A stretch of DNA of 35,735 bases from a virus (lineage: Duplodnaviria > Caudoviricetes): the IMG/VR virus record IMGVR_UViG_3300009079_000055, positions 1-35,735 of that record; one strand, given 5' to 3'. Positions 33,304 through 35,735 of this stretch are shown in pieces (within the stretch, counting starts at the first letter, position 1; the number at the start of each line of letters is the position of its first letter). Made by a program: the position numbers and the translations under genes. The notes beneath the pieces are model-generated. The model did no database searches. It saw only the letters and a list, made by a program, of their open reading frames with translations, and was not told the origin of the DNA.

Positions 33304-34632
33304 TTAAAATGAAACCACGATCTTAAAGTCTTCTGTCTGATCTGTAGCTCTTTGAATTGGTGTAATATTATTTATATACAATAAACTTCCTGTATATGGA
33401 GTAAATGCTCTTTCAACCGATGGACTAGGAAGACGAGAAGCCTTTGATATATCGCCTGTTAATCCGCCCTCGGATGTTAAAGCTCCAGACACATCTATCA
33501 AGTTTAAAATGTTCTGTGCAGAATTCCAACTTACAACTCTACCTTTAAATGTTGCGGTTTCCAAACTTGTTCCTTGATAAACATACTCATCTTCTATATA
33601 ATTATCGCCTATATTTTCCACATCTATTACTGTTGTTTGCGAATAAACGATTCCAGAAGCTACTGTTCCATCTCTCAATACAGGATTTTTAATCAGGGAT
33701 ACTTGTCTAATTTCATTCTGAGTGTCTATAACACCTGATTCTGATCCTCTTAATCTTGGATTGATTATAACAAATGATCCACCAAGTTCTTCTACAGGAT
33801 TAGCACCGTGGCCGCCAGCAGGGCTCATAACAACTCTTGCAGTTGCATTACCGCCAATAGCAGAAGTAAAAGCTACATTAGCATATGTGTAGTTTTGCCC
33901 TTTGTTTGTAATCAAAATGCTTTCTACACCGAATGTTGTTGTATTGACAGTTGCGGCGGCTTCAGCGCCTGTACCATCGCCTGTAATGGTAATTGTAGGA
34001 GGTAAAGCTACAGAATAATCAGATCCTGCATTCACAATCTTTATTGATCCGATCGATCCCTGAACAGCACTGTTTTGAACATGCCACTGCAATGTTCCAT
34101 TATCTTCTGTTAATGTGCGGACTGGAATAAAGTTAGCAGTTGTGAAACGAAGCTTTTCTTCATCTGTGAGTGTATACATATACTTCCAGATATACTTATC
34201 AGCTACCCGCTCTGCGATGTATGTATTGGTGCTGGTAGGTTTAACTGTTGAGGCGCCGCCATTGTTATTACCAAGACATTTATATACATTCCATTCATCA
34301 GTGACAACATAGAATCTAACATCAGGATCATTCATGTCTAAAGCTTCTTCGGAATCATCGTACTCAGCATAAACTGTTCCTGATACCCAGTCAAATCTGC
34401 GAATGGCTAATCGAACATCATTACCAACAATCTTCTTAGCACCGATCATATTTTTCCAAACTTGATGGAATGTATCAACAGAACTATTGGCCTGAGGAGG
34501 ATCAACATCACTTGCCCATTCATCTACCTTACCGAATGTAAAGTATACATATGGTTCACTAGCATCTCCAATTGAGGCTTTAAAATTCTCAGCATTGAAA
34601 ATTTGCATACTTTTAGTGTATATCGAAGCCAT
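33304..34632 (-). CDS. gp8: Baseplate wedge subunit
   Basis: R.DW.SGTVY..YD, FYVVTDEWNVYKCL.N, D.YIWKYMY, F.T..FIPV, GGHG.N.VEELG, I.R..DQTED.KIV..F. Confidence 0.92.
   Translation of the reverse strand: MASIYTKSMQIFNAENFKASIGDASEPYVYFTFGKVDEWASDVDPPQANSSVDTFHQVWKNMIGAKKIVGNDVRLAIRRFDWVSGTVYAEYDDSEEALDMNDPDVRFYVVTDEWNVYKCLGNNNGGASTVKPTSTNTYIAERVADKYIWKYMYTLTDEEKLRFTTANFIPVRTLTEDNGTLQWHVQNSAVQGSIGSIKIVNAGSDYSVALPPTITITGDGTGAEAAATVNTTTFGVESILITNKGQNYTYANVAFTSAIGGNATARVVMSPAGGHGANPVEELGGSFVIINPRLRGSESGVIDTQNEIRQVSLIKNPVLRDGTVASGIVYSQTTVIDVENIGDNYIEDEYVYQGTSLETATFKGRVVSWNSAQNILNLIDVSGALTSEGGLTGDISKASRLPSPSVERAFTPYTGSLLYINNITPIQRATDQTEDFKIVVSF
33369..33376 (-). promoter_or_regulatory. Late promoter TATAAATA inside the 3' end of gp8
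   Basis: Exact consensus about 90 nt upstream of the giant virion gene start. Confidence 0.55.
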
Positions 34633-34651
34633 TTCTTTTCCTATTTTGTAC

Positions 34652-34659
34652 TATTTAGT
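34652..34659 (-). promoter_or_regulatory. Late promoter-like box ACTAAATA for gp8
   Basis: Overlaps the upstream stop codon, 20 nt before the gp8 ATG. Confidence 0.6.
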
Positions 34660-35735
34660 ATATAACTTTGCCAACATTCACTGTTCCTGAAGTATTAGGA
34701 AGAAGCGTATTGGCTAGATATGCTAGATTACTGGTATTTGCTATGTATTGAACTGTGTTAATGATGAACTGATTAGAATTTACCACTGTCTTAATTTTGT
34801 ATGGGCCTCTTATGTTTGCTGTATTGCCTGAAACAAGAGCCAGATTTCCAGATACCCAATCCAAATATACAGTGTTACTTACATTTAACCCGTGAGAAAT
34901 ATAATTGATGTATACATTTCCAGTTTCAAGACGATATGTTCTTGTAGTAGTTGAAACTAGATTATCAGATATTTCTCTAATAGACAGATTTAGATTTACG
35001 CCCTCATCTACCGTCAAATGCTCGCCAAATAGTTTCATGCCAGCAGGATGTATCAAGTTCTTAAGAACTGCTCGGTACTTTTCCAAAGATTGCCTTACTT
35101 TAACGACATAAGAGAACTTCTGGTAATAGTCTCTGTCTTGGATAAAGTTGTAGGATGAAATGTGCCCATCGTCATTTAGATATCTACCAGGATAAGTGAA
35201 TGCTCCTGTGATGATTGTGGCCACTGCTTGTGCTGTACCATCACCAGACTGTGTAAGATTTATGGTAGGTACAGTTGTATATCCTGAACCGCTCTGTAGA
35301 AGTTGAAGAGTTAAAATTCTGCCTTGTACAGAGTCGGCTGAATACAAGACTTCTCCTGATCCAAGAACAGCAGTAACTTGAACATTAGCTCCAGATGCTA
35401 AAACATTTGAAGATATAACATTGGCTTTTGGTAAGAGTAGCTGATCATATCCTGAACCACCAGTAATTTGCCCACGAATATTTACAAACTCAACTTTACT
35501 TATAGCATTAGATTGAGATGTATCAACATTACTAACTCTACCCGCTGCACCTGATCCTATTCCACCAGGAACATTTATAAACTCAATTGTATCTCCAATA
35601 TAATATCCATGACCACCATTAACAATTCTCATCTTACCGAGAATACCTAGATTTCTAACTCTTGTATTGGCTTGAGCACTGATTGAAGGTACTGATGAAT
35701 AACCAGAACCTAAATTATACAAAAGAACACCTGTG
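34655..35735 (-). CDS. gp7: Baseplate wedge initiator, gp7-like (C-terminal part; frame is open to the window edge)
   Basis: IQDRDYYQKFSYVVK...Y...LKNLIHPAGMKLFG motif; G.GY...P repeats; directly upstream of gp8; no stop between 35722 and the edge. Confidence 0.8.
   Translation of the reverse strand, partial: TGVLLYNLGSGYSSVPSISAQANTRVRNLGILGKMRIVNGGHGYYIGDTIEFINVPGGIGSGAAGRVSNVDTSQSNAISKVEFVNIRGQITGGSGYDQLLLPKANVISSNVLASGANVQVTAVLGSGEVLYSADSVQGRILTLQLLQSGSGYTTVPTINLTQSGDGTAQAVATIITGAFTYPGRYLNDDGHISSYNFIQDRDYYQKFSYVVKVRQSLEKYRAVLKNLIHPAGMKLFGEHLTVDEGVNLNLSIREISDNLVSTTTRTYRLETGNVYINYISHGLNVSNTVYLDWVSGNLALVSGNTANIRGPYKIKTVVNSNQFIINTVQYIANTSNLAYLANTLLPNTSGTVNVGKVIY

Noticed and set aside
1-35735. 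Stop-codon reassignment or programmed frameshift
   Set aside because: Conserved genes are full-length in the standard code and pack tightly; TAA, TAG and TGA all terminate genes; no split conserved gene was seen

Overview
A 35.7-kb piece of a T4-like myovirus virion-gene cluster. All credible genes are on the minus strand, in the standard genetic code, with T4 late-promoter-like (T/C/A)(A/C)TAAATA boxes ahead of many of them. The transcription order runs right to left. It begins with the baseplate genes: gp7-like wedge (partial), gp8, and a 2219-aa DUF4815/VrlC-type virion protein that carries a polyproline tract and an internal Hint domain. A ~14-kb cluster of fibre, adhesin and adaptor genes follows, in the slot where T4 has gp9-gp12/wac. 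Next come gp13, gp14, gp15, gp16, gp17, gp18, gp19 and gp20. The window ends with an ADP-ribosyltransferase-like gene coupled to the portal gene and several prohead-core/internal proteins. Five features stand out: (1) an apparently non-splicing Hint domain behind a polyproline rod inside the giant virion protein; (2) a putative capsid-packaged ART with a capsid-targeting-like leader and Ser in place of the canonical Arg; (3) a circularly permuted MAM-like domain; (4) a fibre cluster with shared 19-aa repeats and recurring C-terminal/N-terminal motif pairs that suggest modular chain assembly; (5) a probable protease-processed internal polyprotein containing a Glu-free cationic segment. All family assignments come from motif recognition and gene order, not database searches. 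No tRNA, CRISPR array or mobile element was seen.
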